DNA of 64,000 bases from the human T2T-CHM13v2.0 reference genome, Homo sapiens (GCF_009914755.1 NC_060937.1), one strand, 5' to 3'; shown: positions 15,637 through 31,317, numbered from the stretch's first letter. Notes: generated from the sequence alone by a model not told the origin. Numbers and translations are program-made.

Positions 15637-15808
15637 TTGTAACAAACAATAAAAGAGGTGAATTTATATGTCAAAGCAAGGAAAAGAAGCTTGATCTGGC
15701 GCTCATCCCAGCTCCAAAGACTAAGATAAACTTCAGGGAGAGAGGGACATTTTCCCCAAATCATGTGAAAAAGACAGCCTAGAAAGCTGTGAGTCTCGAA
15801 GGGAACAG
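15637..15808 (+). repeat. Local direct duplication, copy 1 (~170 bp)
   Basis: Aligns to 17,529-17,700 at roughly 90% identity by eye. Confidence 0.95.
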
Positions 15809-16067
15809 AGGGCCATTGGGCTTCTAATGAGTTTGCAGCTTTGGGAATGTTGGATGCCTTCCAGGGGTACTCAGCATCACCTCAGGAGGCTGTGGCAGAA
15901 AGAATGAGCAGGAAATGGACGGTGCCCAGCACTTAGGGTACATGTCTGTAGGCCTGGCCAAGCAGCAGCAGCAACCAGCTTGTGAAGACAGTATATATTC
16001 CACAGAAGGCAATGAAGACCTGGAGATACACAAATTCAGCAGTGTTTGGGGGAAGCAATATCAATCT

Positions 16068-16824
16068 CTTGATGGTTAATTTTATGTGTCAACTTGACTG
16101 GGCCACAGGGTGACCAGGTATTTGGTTCCATGTTATTCTGGGGATGTCTGTAATGGTGTTTCTTAATAAGATCAGCATTTTGACTTGGTAGACAGAGTAA
16201 AGCAAGTTGCCTTCCCAATGTGGGTAGGCATCTTCCAATATGCTGAAGGCATGAATACATTAAAAAGTCTGAGTAAGGGAGAACTGGCTCTTTTTCTGCT
16301 GCTGTCTTTGAGTGGGGACATCAGTTTTCTATTATCTTCGGAACTGGACTTAGACTGGAACTTATACCACCAGCTTTTTGGATTTCTAGCTTGCCAACTG
16401 CAGATCTTACGATTTCCCCAGCCTCTCTTATCACATGAATCAATTCCTTACAGTAAATCTCTCTCCTCCACCCCGACTCTCTCTCTCTCCATATATACAG
16501 TCATGTGCTGCCTGACGATGTTTTGATCAATGACAGACCACATATAACATGGTGGTGCCATAAAATCATAATACCATGTTTTTACTGTACCTTTTCTATG
16601 TGTAAATGTATTTAGATACACAAACACTATTGTGTTACAGTTGTCTACACTATTCAGTACAGTAACACGCTGTACAGGTTTGTAGCCTAGGAGAAATAGG
16701 TTTGTAGTAGGCTATCCCATGTAGGTTTGCATAAGTACACTCTATGATGTTCACACAGTGACAAAACTGCCTAACCATGTATTTCTCAGAACATATCCCC
16801 ATTGTTAACTAATGCATGAGTGTA

Positions 16825-16857
<33 letters not shown>

Positions 16858-16897
16858 CCTGCTGATTCTGTTTCTCTGAAGAACCTTGACAAATACA
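16068..16897 (+). mobile_element. ERVL solo LTR (MLT2) interrupted by Tigger3
   Basis: gatggttaattttatgtgtcaacttgactgggcca ... ttctgtttctctgaagaaccttgacaaataca. Confidence 0.9.
16498..16822. mobile_element. Tigger3/MER7-like DNA transposon nested in MLT2
   Basis: TIRs cagtcatgtg / tgcatgagtg, flanked by TA, in the MLT2 (TA)n tract. Confidence 0.85.
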
Positions 16898-17528
16898 ACC
16901 TCCAAATCAGTTACAATATATTTTATCACATTATTCTCTATACTTATTTAAAATTTAATTTTTAATTACATTACTAATACATGAATATATGCTTGCTTAA
17001 AAGGATCCAACAAATAGAGAAAGACTAAAATCCCACTTGCCATCACCCTCAAACCTGGTTCTTTCCCTTTCTCCAGCAATAACCAAAATTTATTCCTGCC
17101 ACATTAAGAAACACTTTTCCAGAAAAAAAATATTGACTGTAAGTCTGTGAGAACGCAGGTTTCAAAGTTGCCTTAAAAAAAAAAAAAAAAAAAAGAAGAA
17201 CAACCTGAAAGATCAAGAATTTTGTGATACAAAAGAGGGTAAAAAAATAGAAAAGAACTTCAGATGAAATGTTGAAATATTTACCTCCGTAAGCCCAGAT
17301 TAATAAATACAGTATTTCTTAATAGAAGGAAAATGGAATGAAAGGTGTGGGTCTAAATGACTACCTGATGCACTATTCTAAAGTGTCTCCCAAAAGAAAG
17401 AAAGAGCAAGAGGGAGGGAGAGAGGGAGGTCACATCCCTAAGGTTATATCCACGTGAGACAAGCCCCTGCTGATGATGACTAATCACTTTTTGGGAAAAT
17501 TGTAACAAACAATTGTAACAAACAAACA

Positions 17529-17700
17529 TTGTAACAAACAATGAAAGAGGTGAATTTATAAGTCAAAGCAAGGAAAAGAGCTTGATCTGGTGCTCATCCC
17601 AGCTCCAAAGACTAAGGTAAACTTTAGGGAGAGAGGGACATTTTCCCCAAATCATGTGCAAAAAGACAGCCTAGAAAGCTGAGAGGCTGGGAGGGAACAG
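17529..17700 (+). repeat. Local direct duplication, copy 2, preceded by two extra ttgtaacaaaca units
   Basis: Aligns to 15,637-15,808; units start at 17,500, 17,513 and 17,529. Confidence 0.95.
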
Positions 17701-18404
17701 TTTTAGCCTTCCATATTGATGATGTAAGGTATTTAAGCACTAAAAAGATGGGCAGCCTATCACAGGTCGCCTATTAACAGTTTGCCAAGAGACGGATATT
17801 TGGAAAATCTTATAAAATATTATAAAAATTCCTTGTTTGAAAAGTTTCCCAAAGCGAGAGTGATTCCTAGGAGACAGAATAAATACTCAAGGCCTCCGTG
17901 TGCTAGTTAATTCCTTCTCGTATGCTCTAGTGTAGCCGTGTGATTATCACTACTTAATTTAATGAGTCAGGTGCTTTGATTGTTCTGAAACAGCAATTTG
18001 GTAAGGGGCATTTTCATGGCATAAAACAGCAAATGGAGCTTCCGAAAGAGCTAGGTGTAGACTCGCTGGTCTACTCTCCAGGGCAGGTTCCTTGGCACCA
18101 GGGCCTTTTGTTCTTGTAACCAGGTTGATAAGGCGTATGGCAGGATGGATGACTTGGCAGTTCTCTGAAGTGTCCAGCAGAGTAGACAGAAATGTCTTCA
18201 CATATATGGGAGAGGACTCCCCTGCTTTCACAACCAGCACCTGAAGAGCAACTCGAGGTCACACTTGCATAATCTCCTGCAAGAGAAGACCCTGTGGGCT
18301 CTAGAGAAGGGACCATCTTTGCTTTCTCTCAGTCGCCCATGCTCAGGCAAACTTGGCTTATGACAAGTTTGAGCAGATCATTTCTTAGAAGTTAATTGGA
18401 GCTC

Positions 18405-18565
18405 GGCCCGCTCGGCATGGTAGCATGCACCTGTAGTCCCAGCCACTCTAGAGGCTGAGGTGGGAGGATTGCTTAAGCCCAGGAGTTGGAGGCTTCAGTG
18501 AACTATGATAACGCCACTGCACTCCAGCCTGGGAAACAGAATGAGACCTCATCTGTAAAAAACAA
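18405..18565 (+). mobile_element. Alu monomer (FRAM/right-arm type)
   Basis: Single arm with A tail; TSD aagtta(a/c)ttgga. Confidence 0.9.
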
Positions 18566-19009
18566 AGTTACTTGGAAGCCAGTTTATTTTTGGACTCATG
18601 CAATTTCCCAAGGATTTGTTAAAGAAATGATTTGGGAAATATGATGATCACACATCTCAAGGAGGAAAATGGTCCTGTGGCCTGAGCCTCAATTCTGGAT
18701 TGCCCTGCTATGTATGGGCATCAAAAGGTATTTGGGGAGAAGAATCTCTCCTTTGGATAAATTTACAAAGCTGGGGAAATGGTCCCTCCACGAGTGAACT
18801 GTCTCCCAACCATTGGTGTCCAATGGCTGTGAATCACGTCTATCTGTTCAACAACTGAGGAGCTGTGTGGCATGAGAGATATCACCAAAAATACAACCCA
18901 GTCCCTGCCCTTGAAGGGATGATGTCATGTACAAAAATAGACTAGGATGATTTGTTCATCTCTCTGTCATATGTGTCCCACACCAGGCCTGGTGCATAGT
19001 AGGTGCTCA

Positions 19010-19627
<618 letters not shown>

Positions 19628-19849
19628 TTAATGTAAGTAGCAATGATGGACAAAATGCTATGGTGACAGGTCAGATAAAGTTGCAGATTATGCCTGCAGG
19701 GATGTGTGTGTGTGTGTCTGTGTGTGTCTGTGTATGGGGTGGTGGGGAAGTGGTGGTGGGTAAGGATGGTTTAAGAAAGGATTTGTAGAGATAAAATCTG
19801 AGTAGCATTTTGAGAGGCACAATCTGGCCATGTGGACAGATGTGTTTGA

Positions 19850-20005
19850 GAACACTGGCTTTAGAATCAGGCAGCCCTGTTTAAAATTCTGACTGCCGCT
19901 CATTAGCTATGGGACTGTGTGCACATTCCAAAATGTTTCTTAGCCTCAGTTTTCTCATCTGTATAACGGGACCAATAATACCTACCTTGCAAGATGCTCA
20001 ATGGT
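19850..20005 (+). mobile_element. MIR
   Basis: ggctttagaatcaggcag ... agcctcagttttctcatctgtataacggg. Confidence 0.75.
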
Positions 20006-20709
20006 ACGCTTAGTAAATAAAGGTCAAAGTTGTTATGTGAAAGGTATGGAAAAGAGGTGTGTTCAGGGAACTACAGGTAACTTAAGGGTGGAACTGGGCC
20101 ACATATGTGTCAGTCAAGAGAGAAGAGATGGGAAAAGGCAGGATCATCTCTTAAGAGCCTTGTGAATTAGAGTTTGGGCTCTGACCTAAGTCCAGAGACA
20201 GCCAGTGAAAGATTTAAGTGGGATAGGAGTGAGGGGTGGATAGTTGAATGGAGAAGGGAAGAAGGGCAGGAGCTCACCTCTACCTGTACATGCTGAAGTG
20301 TAAGCACAATGTCAACGTAGTTACTTGCTTTAGACTCCTTGCATAATTGAAGGAGGGAAGACCATCAGCTCAGAAATCCTCACTTTCCAGCCTGTTGGTC
20401 ACAGGATCTTGCATACTTTTTACCAACTTTGTATTTATATATGTCTTAACAACAAGAAGCACTTTCTTGAGCTAAGTTTAGATTACTGGAAAGAGTAAAG
20501 ATTAAGCACACAGGAAGCTGGCCTGGAGTCGCACACACAGTGGGCTGTCATTTAACTGGACTCTTCTACTCACTTTGATCCTTCCGCTTGCTATCAAGAA
20601 GATATACGAAGACACTTATTTTCTTTTTCCAAGTTTTCTGTAACCTTCTGAGGTGAATAAAGAATACAAATACTGATTTTAGGGGGAAAAAAGAACTTGC
20701 CAAAACAGG

Positions 20710-20860
20710 AGTTTGCCACTTACCAGCTCTTTGATCCTAGAGGAGTTACCGCCCCTCAGTTTCTCCATCTGTGAAATGAGCCTGATGGTGCCTATCTCAT
20801 TAGGCTGCTGTAAGTCATGACAGAATCTGCCTGGGTTGCCTGGCAGTATAGGAGTCAGTG
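20710..20860 (+). mobile_element. MIR
   Basis: gccacttaccagct ... cctcagtttctccatctgtgaaatgag. Confidence 0.7.
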
Positions 20861-21099
20861 AGTGAACAGGCTGCCACTGCTACTGCTGCTGCACTAGACG
20901 GTGATGGTGAAAGAGCCCCTACTGCCTATACCAAGGAGGATCCAGACATAGGAACCCCACAATTAAAAACAATAACTACAACACATCCCTTCCCACCCCC
21001 GTCTCATAACAAAACCAAACCAACTTCCCTCAGGGCCTGCGCTATGCAAAATTTCAAAATCATCAAAATTTATTTTTTGCTTTCATGACCCTTAACTTT

Positions 21100-22086
<987 letters not shown>

Positions 22087-25000
22087 ACTACCCTTAACCT
22101 TCTCTCTCTCTTTCTGTCTCTCTTTTATAATCCAAGGTTCTGATGCTTTCACTCTAACTCAGCATCTTTCATCAGGAAAGGAGCTCTGAGAATCAATAAC
22201 ACCTTGGTACATGTGTGCTTGATGTGTTATCCCTAAATAAGAGTATCTGGATTTTTAAAAGAAGACCAAAGAGAAGGGAACGCAAAATGAAACAAATACG
22301 AGTCCAGTTTCAGGCCGAGGTCCCTGAAGGGGTGCTCTGTGAGCCTGTGGGCCTCCTAGACCACTTCAGAGCTGACTTGGAGTCCTTTGCCAATGAAAGC
22401 ATGGCTCTATCCCCAATAGACCAGAACTCTTTTGTTTTATGTGCCAGTTCCAAACTGAGCCCGTGTTAATCATTAAACTTACACAGGAAATATAAAACAT
22501 TAGCACATGTGCATCTCACACTACTATAATTTCATTTCCCACTGGAAGGGAAAAGCTTTATAATATACTAGAGAAGGCTCACTCAGCTCAAATTATGGTT
22601 CAAGTCAAACCCCAGTATACTCCTTCACACTGAGCCTTTTCCTGCACGGTTCTAATCCTCCCCACTCTGGGTTTACTAATCTCTTTCTATTATCTTTTCC
22701 TTTTGACAGGTGGCTGCTCTGCCTGCCACGCCTGCCAATTCATTCTCCTCTCATAGTTAACCATCACGATCACATCATTACCTGAAACATAAATCCTCCT
22801 ACAGCTAAAGACATGCAGCCTAGCAAGTATTTTTCTTCTTACAGACTGTATACACCATGTTCTCAGAGGTTTTCAATAAGCTGCAAGAATTCTTGGTTGT
22901 TCAATGAAATCTTACTCTTCTTTCTCCTAATTGTAATGTTGCAATCATATCCTGTCACATCCCATCAGTTGCCAAAACAAATGTTTCCTTTTTGCAATGC
23001 CTCTCGGATCCCTCCCTGTTCCTCTGTTCGCAGTCTGGGGATAGTGGCTTGCTGGGGCTGGTACCAGGAAAACAGTGAGTAAATATCAAATTGAGCCTGG
23101 AGGACAAATGCAGAATTTGGAACCAGAGCCAAGGTTAGTTACTGAGCATGAGGGTGGTTGACCAAGTGGTAGCTGAGTCTGGGGGGCTGGTGAGTAGAAG
23201 ATACAAGAATGATGGACCCTCATGCAGGATCCGGTGGAAAAATGAGAGAGAAGGAACCAGGGACCCAGGGAGAAAACAGGGAAGGCAATTTAACCCTGCA
23301 AATAGCTTTTTAGTTGACTGCTTTGAAAAGAATTAGTATGCTACTCCTTAGCTGGGTTTTAGGGGCATATTTTTCCTGAAGATTTTCCATTCCAGTTAAG
23401 ACTCTTGTGGTAAATAAAAAAATATGTCCCTCAGATCTGTGAAAGTCATCTCTGAAAGTGGGATCTAGGCATTAAATTAAAAAAAAAATTGTCCCAGGTG
23501 ATTTATAGTTGCTAGAACTAACCACTGCTGTAGCCCCTTACCTCTACCCCATCACACATCTGTCCTTTACGCTGCTTCTAGATAAATCTAAGTCTGATTC
23601 TTCAATGGCTCTCCATTTCTTTCTGAATCTGACCAGGTTCCTTGGTCTTGGTCTGTTGTTGGAGATGCTTCACATCGTGGGCCCAGCCCCCATTCCTGGT
23701 CTTGGCTTCTGTAGTTTGCTTGCATTTCTCTTACTGGTTCACTTGCTGGTTTTCCTGGGATATCTTTTGACACAGTTGGGTATAGACTGGTTACCTTCTA
23801 CAGGTCAAAGTCCCTTCAAGGGGCAGGTCTATGGATAGGTGCCAGAAGGAAATCCCAACCAGCAGGCGGAACAGAGTGTCTGGGGGGTGTGAGAGCAGGC
23901 ACAAATGAAGTCCAGTGCAGGCATTGAAGATGTCCTGCAGAGCAGAGGCAGGAATGTCCTAAGACTCAAGCAGACAGGAAGATCCTAAGCCAGACAGGTC
24001 CCACCCATGGCTTGTGGTCCAGGGAGCAGAGCCCTAGAAGGACTGACCATCAAACCTGGTTGGGCAACAAAAACAAGATAGACTGCCAGTTCCTGCTCCT
24101 CCTACTCCATCTCTGGTTTTAATATTATAATTACCACCAGAAATCTGCCATTCATCCCCCTCTCCCAAGGCAACAGGATCTGCCCAGGAAGTATAGCAGC
24201 AGCCCAGGGCTCATAAGTGGAGCTGGAACAGTCCTTGGTTTCTGGACCCTTGAAGGTCAGAGCCCTGGAGACCCTGGCAGGAAGGCCAAGCCACCTGCCC
24301 AGCATGCTCTTCTTCCACTGTCCTGGCAACCTCGAGCATTGGCCTGGCTCCTAATTTCCTGCAGCTCACAACCTCATTCTCTGGACTCCCTAGGGTGGCC
24401 TGCCTCTGTGTCCACCCCTCCCATATACCATGCTCTGCTCGTCTGAAGTCTTATCCCAGGATTGGTCACTGACAGATTGCCTCTTGGCTCCTGCCACCAG
24501 CTTGGAATTGAGTAGGATTAGCTATGCCCCTCCCGCCCCATCTGGACTAGATTTACACTTGGGGGCCCCTTGCCAAGACCATGTCTCTGCTCCTGCTTCA
24601 TCTGTGTTTGGCCAATTCCAGGGTTTTCTTCCTTGGTTCAGACCCCAAACAACTCCCTCCCCCACCTTACATGCTTTGCATCTGGCCTCATCTAACTCCC
24701 TATTAGGAGATAACACTGAGAAGAACCACTTAAAATCAGACTATAGATAAAGGTTGGTTGACATAGTAAGATGTTTGTGTTGGTGCTAAGTGGAAAAAGC
24801 AGATTGCAAGATAGTTTGTATTTGTATGTGTTCATTCCAAGTATATACGCGCGCAAAAACGGTCTGGAAAGATACTCAGTGATACGTTAAGAGTGCTTGT
24901 CTCTGGGGTCTGGAATTATGGAAGTATTTTGCTTTTCTTCATTTTGCTTATTTATATTATCTAATTATTCCACAGTAAATAAGTATTGCTTTTTTAAATA

Positions 25001-25194
25001 AGGAAAACAACTTTTAAAAGTTGTTTTTACAAACACACAATGTAACATAGCTCTTGGGATCCTGGTTCTCAGAAACAAGGCAGAGATCCAACTGAGGGCA
25101 CTGGCCCGAGAGAGGAGTCAGATTTAGCAGCTAGAGGCTGCAGCCGAGTCCCAACGTGTTGGGCGCCAAATCTCGAGGGCAGGGAAAGGGGGAA

Positions 25195-25430
25195 CTTAAG
25201 ACTGCACTGAAAACAGCTTGCCTGGGTTTGCATTCCAGCCTGCCACTTAATAGCTGTGCAACCTCGGGTAAGTTGCTTAGCCTCTCTATGTCTTGTTTTT
25301 CTGAACTGAAAATGAGATAAGACTATTTTATGGATAATCTCATAGGAATATTCTGAGGACTAAATGGATCATATCATGTAACAAGCACTTAAGTGGTGCC
25401 TGGTACACAGTAAGTGCTCAAGCAGTGTTT
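25195..25430 (+). mobile_element. MIR
   Basis: gcctgggtttgcattccagcctgccacttaatagctgtgcaacctcgggtaagttgctt ... gcctggtacacagtaagtgctca. Confidence 0.8.
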
Positions 25431-25542
25431 TTTATTATAGGGAAGAAGGCAGGCAGGCCCTAGTAGAGAACACACCTGGCCCTGTAACACCCTTAGCCCC
25501 AGCTCCTTTGGGTTTCTCCTTTCTATATCCCGGAAGCCCACT

Positions 25543-25679
25543 TTTTTTTTCTTTTTTAGAAGAAATGAGATCTCACTATGTTGACCAGGCTGGTATCAAA
25601 CTCCTGGGCTCAAGTGATCCTCCCGCGTTGGCCTCCCAAAGCCCTGGGATTACAGGCATGAGCCCACTGTGCCTGGCCC
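25543..25679 (-). mobile_element. Alu left-arm monomer (FLAM-like)
   Basis: tctcactatgttgaccaggctgg ... gggattacaggcatgagccc. Confidence 0.9.
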
Positions 25680-28600
25680 AGAGCCCACCCATTCTTTCAA
25701 TTCCACCTCAAATGCTACATCCTTCCCTCAAACCTCTCTTCGTTAAGCCTCCAACCAGGAGAGGTCTCACTTTCCTCCTAATCCATCTGTCACTCTGCAC
25801 CACTTCCCCAGCCCTGAATGTACCCGGCCTTCTCTGCCAGGTGTTGGTGTACCTGTTTTATTCCCCCTTTGGAGCTGTACATGGGGGACTGTATCATGCC
25901 TGACATGCTGTGGTACACATTAAGCACTTGAGCTGAATTGCATAGTTTGAACATGACCCATTTGCCTTACAAAAATCCTACCGAAATCTCCACCCAGGCA
26001 CCTGCAGATTGCTGAGATTTACTGCTTCAAAGGAATTATATTTACTTTATTACTTCACAGATGAAAGATGAATTGCACACTTAGAATTATGATCTTTGGC
26101 ACAAGTAAAGGCTCAGCATGGCAAAGAATTCCACCCTTCACACCTTTGTTATTTGCCTTGTGGGTTATAAATAAGATTGTAGGTTGTTTGAATAAACCAA
26201 TATCTGGCCACAAACTAGCAAATGTCTGTTACAGCATCTAAATGTGGAACAGTGATGGCATCTCATTCTTGGCCAATTTTAATGCAAGGAGCTGTGCAAA
26301 GCTGTGCTGTTGGCCTGTAGTCAGCAGCATTATATTTGGAGAAGGAAAATGCTAAATTTGCTAGAGTTTTGTTTTATATTTACCTCCTACATGTCTTGGC
26401 AAATAAACTATAAATCGTTTGTTATTCTCCATCTAGATCATACTTCCCTTTCAAATGTTTTTGTATTACATTTGCCAGAGAGCCACAGAATCTTAATTGT
26501 AGTACTGCATCAAAATCTGTCAGTGAGAAGTGGTTAAAGTATTGAGCACCTATTCACACAAAGCTATATGTTAGCCACATACATTGAAGTGACATATCTG
26601 AAAACGAGAGTTCAATGTCATGCCCCTAACACATTTTATCTGGGTTAAACAGCACTCTGCGTCACCTCCTGTCTGAAACACATTGTTAGTTTATTAGCAG
26701 AAGCTATTGTTGCCCTGGGCCTAGAATAGGTGCTCAATAAATGCTTATTGATTGATTGCCTTGGGACATTTTTTTAAATGTCACTTTTCGAAAGGCAATG
26801 AATGGACTGTGCAGAAATAGTATCTGCACATAAGGAGCCTGCAGTTTTAATGGGACAAAGAATTTCTGAACACAGGCTAAAGAAGAGGGAGTATGTTAAG
26901 TAGGTAATGAACAGTAAAACATGATGGACGGTAGTGCAGGGCTTTGGGACATCATGTCCTTTCAGTGTCCTGTGTGGAAGGGTCAAGCCCTGCTTCTTTA
27001 AGGCATTTCTGAGCAGGAGGATGTTGGGGTGATGTGGAGGTGGTGAGGACGTGGAGGCGGTGGGAATGTGTCTGCCTGGACTCTGATCCTGGAGTCTTTG
27101 TTTATCTGGAAGCATTCCTGCTTTTCTTTTTGGCTCTCAGGACTTCCTCTGCACATGCAGGAGAGAGTTAAGCATAGATGGATGGGTAGATGTCTGCTGA
27201 GTTTGAAAACAAACCCTTGAAACTGGGATGCCATGTGGGTCAGCATGTGCAAAGTCCTTGGGAATGAAAATCTATTATTTATTCATTCAGAAAGCTTTTA
27301 GCTTTCAATATAATTTCTAGAATACAATAGACTTCATTTTGAACCATTTGAAGAGAAATATTATTATTACTAGTATTGTACTGGGGATGAGGTGGAGAGA
27401 GTAATAGATCAATGTTCTTCTAAATTTCAGATCTTAAAGACTTGATTCTAGGGAAAGGAAGAGAGGAGAAAGGGCGAACAGATGGTGGGAAGAGGGGACA
27501 ATGATAAACAGCATAGCTTTCTGGTGCCTGGTGCCCTTATTGCCTTCACAGGGTGTAGAGAACAGATCCATTCTCATGGCCACGTGTCTGTAGCCATAAG
27601 TTCTATGGAACCTGCCTCAAGGTTCTCTTTCAAAATCCCGGAATTTCAGAAAGATTGTGGGGCACCGATAGTTTCCCCAGCCTCACTAAGCTTGACCTCT
27701 TCTGGTTTCCATTGGCAGTCGAGTGGAAAACTGCTTTTAGCAAGGCTTCACTGCAATAATCAATATGTCATTAGCTGTAGCTATATTTAAACCTACAAGA
27801 ACCGATTTCTAAGATCCAAGCAATTGCTATTGACATATAGGCTCGTTCCTTAAAAAAATCCTTAAAAAATAATGACTCTAGATCTGGGGGTGGATGGATG
27901 GATGGAGGCTTTGTGGCCATGCATGCTTGTATGTAACTGCCCTGTTCCACTAACATTATAATTTGAGAGGCACAGGAAGAATTCACAAAAATTCTAACAA
28001 GATTTGGGAATGAAATCCTTACAGGAGCATCTAGGAACGGTTTTTCCAGACAATTTAGTTTTCAAGAGGGTGAGAGAAAGGAGTCAGTGATATTAAGAGT
28101 GGATACAACCATACAAGGTGAATTTAAGCTCTTGATTTTCTTTACAAACTGGGAGTGAATCATCATTGTTTTTTACTCACTCTTCATCCTTCTTGGCTTC
28201 TCAAAAGGAACCCTTATCTAAGTACATAAGATGCATAGTAAGATGGAAGGCCCAAATCGGTTTTATACCAAGAGTATGGAATGTTGATGGGCCAGCAAAT
28301 GTGCTTCTTTTCAGCACAGCATCTCCTCCAGCTATCCTGCACAAACATGGGGTCAGTGCTGCTGCTCAGAGGGAATGGGAGCCGCCAGGATGCCCGCTAG
28401 TATTATCAAAAGAGTTAAGTGAATCGCAAATCTCATCAAAACCCAAGAGTGACTACTAAGAATAGAAACGAAGTTAAGATCTCATTAGTTGTACCATGTC
28501 TAATGTGATGTCACGATACAGGTAGTTTTTTCACCATCTATAGAAGAATCACAGTAAGAATCTGGCATTGTTTCCCTGGTGCTGTATTGGTCAGAGTAAA

Positions 28601-29486
28601 CAAGCATCCCGAGTCTGTTTGGTGAAGTCGGCTACCATGAGGACTGCAGGACTCCACGTCAAGTGATCTGACAAGGTCTCTTAAAGCTGTCAAGGTGAAG
28701 ACCACACTGTGGCCTGGCGGTTCCCACCATACTGTGGACATCCCAGAAAGCTACACGTGCTCTGCCTGTTTTTCTGACTGTTCCCTTTCTCAAGGGCACT
28801 CTGGACAGGCACAGAGTCCACCCAGTGTATGCTAAGCAGCATATCTTCTACTGACAAATGTCAATAACAGAAGGACATTTTTTGAGGCACGATCAGCCAG
28901 CTAAAAAGAGTCGTGATTGTCAGGAACAGGAGAAACCATGCTGAAGGCACTGGGCATGGCTTGCTCAGAGCATCGTGTTGTTCTTTGCCCCTCCACTCTC
29001 CACCCCTGGGATAAATGGGATCGACATGGGAAACCAGAGGCAACCCAGGACTTTGTTAGGAGCTCTGCTGCTGTTTGCTTTCTGCTGATTTTCTTTCACT
29101 CCCTTCCACTGTAGTAGCAAAATTGGAGTTTTCCTCAGAGCTCTGGCTTTGTGCTTCAAGATTATTTTGGGATACAGTATGTAATTTTCATTGTCTCTTT
29201 TTATCATTTTAATATTCTTTCATGGATTTTCAGAATGCTTAGATTTATTTTCTTTAAAATTGTTTTCCCTTGTAATGTTATTTCTTTTCAATTTCATTTT
29301 AACTTTTGACTTGTTAGTCTCCATAATGCCTTCTGGCTTTATATTTTTAATTTTGATTGCAGTAACTTTACCTTTTAATTCCTCGTTCTCTGTATTTTAT
29401 CCTTTCTACTTTTATGGTTTAATTTTTTACTTTTCTAGATTTAAAAAAAATCTATTTTAGTCTAAATTGTATTTATCCTATCTCTG

Positions 29487-29799
29487 TTTATTTATGTATT
29501 TATGTATTTAATTTTTTTAGAGACATGGCTTCACACTGTTTCAAAGGCTAGAGGGCAGTGGTGTTATCATAGCTTACTGCAACCTTGAATTCCTGGGCTC
29601 AAGTATCCCCTTGCCTCAGCCTCCTGAGTAACTGGGACTACAGGTGCATCACCACATGCAGTTACTTTTTAAAATTTTTTGTAGAAACAGGGTCTCACTC
29701 TGTTGCCCAAGTTCGTCTCAAATTCCTGACCCCAAGATATCCTCCTGCCTTGGCCTCCCAAAGTGCTGAGATTACGGACATAAGCCACTGCACCCAGCC
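29487..29799 (-). mobile_element. AluJ-type
   Basis: atcatagcttactgc, tcctgggctcaag; diverged dimer. Confidence 0.93.
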
Positions 29800-30315
29800 T
29801 CTATTTTATTTTTAAACATGTTTTGGCTTTCAGTCTTAATGTGGTTTAATAAATTATCTTACTTAAAATGTTTATTGATGTTTTAAAAACACTATTAATT
29901 GTATTAGATTTATTTTCCTCTTGAATGACTACCCTTCCTTTCACTCTTTTGCTTCTTTTCTTTAAAATTTATTCACTTTGTGACATAATCTTAGGGGTCA
30001 TACATAATTTAGGATTTTAGTTTTGGGATCACAAAGACAAGGCAGGAAAACACAAATATGCGATTTGGGTCAGATATAGGGCCATAGGGTACTGGCACCC
30101 ACAGCAGCCTGTTGTGCCTGGAAGATTCAAATGAAGCAAAAACGCTTGAAGCAAATATCTCAGATAAAAGCAGGTGTTAATAGTGATTGTTTCTGAGTTG
30201 GATTATCATTTTTGTTTGTTTGTTTCTGCTCTTCTGTCTTTTCAAAGTCTTTTACAAATATATTGCTTTTGCAATAATGAGAAAAAACGTAAAAACAAAA
30301 ATAAAAGTAAAAACA

Positions 30316-30714
<399 letters not shown>

Positions 30715-31289
30715 TTAACTCATTTTCACAAGGGCAGGAGAGAAGCCCACATTGCAAAGAGGTGAAGCTGAGGCCATGCTCCCTATACTTCACCTTCAGC
30801 CACCCTTACCCTCTTCATCAAGCTCATGCTTTTCAAGGACAGATCTCCCCAGATCTCTACTTACCATGTCTGAAGCCTCCTATCTGCAAAGTGACTTACC
30901 AGTGAAACTGAAGGAGCACTTACTGCATTCCAGGGGCCATTACTTCTTCTAAGCACCTAGATTCGTTTTATTTAATAGATATCATGGTGGTTGGTTTTTT
31001 TTTTTCCCCTGAGTTGGCAGCTAGGAAGCTCAAAACAAAACAGGTGATCTGTCTTTAACTATTATTCATAATTTCAACCTTATTTCACAAATATCCAACC
31101 CACATTTGTTCTTTGTTTGAATTCCTAATTTGTAACCCTGTTTTATTGAATATATTTGATGAGATACCTTAAATCTGTGCAATAATATAGGGTATAAATA
31201 AATTGACTGACAAAATTAATATGGTCTGCCTCAGTTTACCCCTTCAGTCTAATTTCTGTATAACTCCACACTTTTCTCCTACCCCATCA

Positions 31290-31317
31290 ACACACACACA
31301 CACACACACACACACAC
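31290..31317. repeat. (AC)n microsatellite
   Basis: Read directly. Confidence 0.95.

Noticed and set aside
17174-17193. Isolated polyA run (also the polyT at 48,841-48,863) as a truncated retro-insertion
   Set aside because: No TSD or element body found
15637-17700. Duplicated unit as paired LTRs of a novel retroelement
   Set aside because: No TSD, primer-binding site or internal coding remnant seen; the interior is ordinary DNA plus known repeats
29191-29460. Hydrophobic 89-aa ORF resembling a membrane protein
   Set aside because: Product of T-rich low-complexity sequence with a non-ATG start
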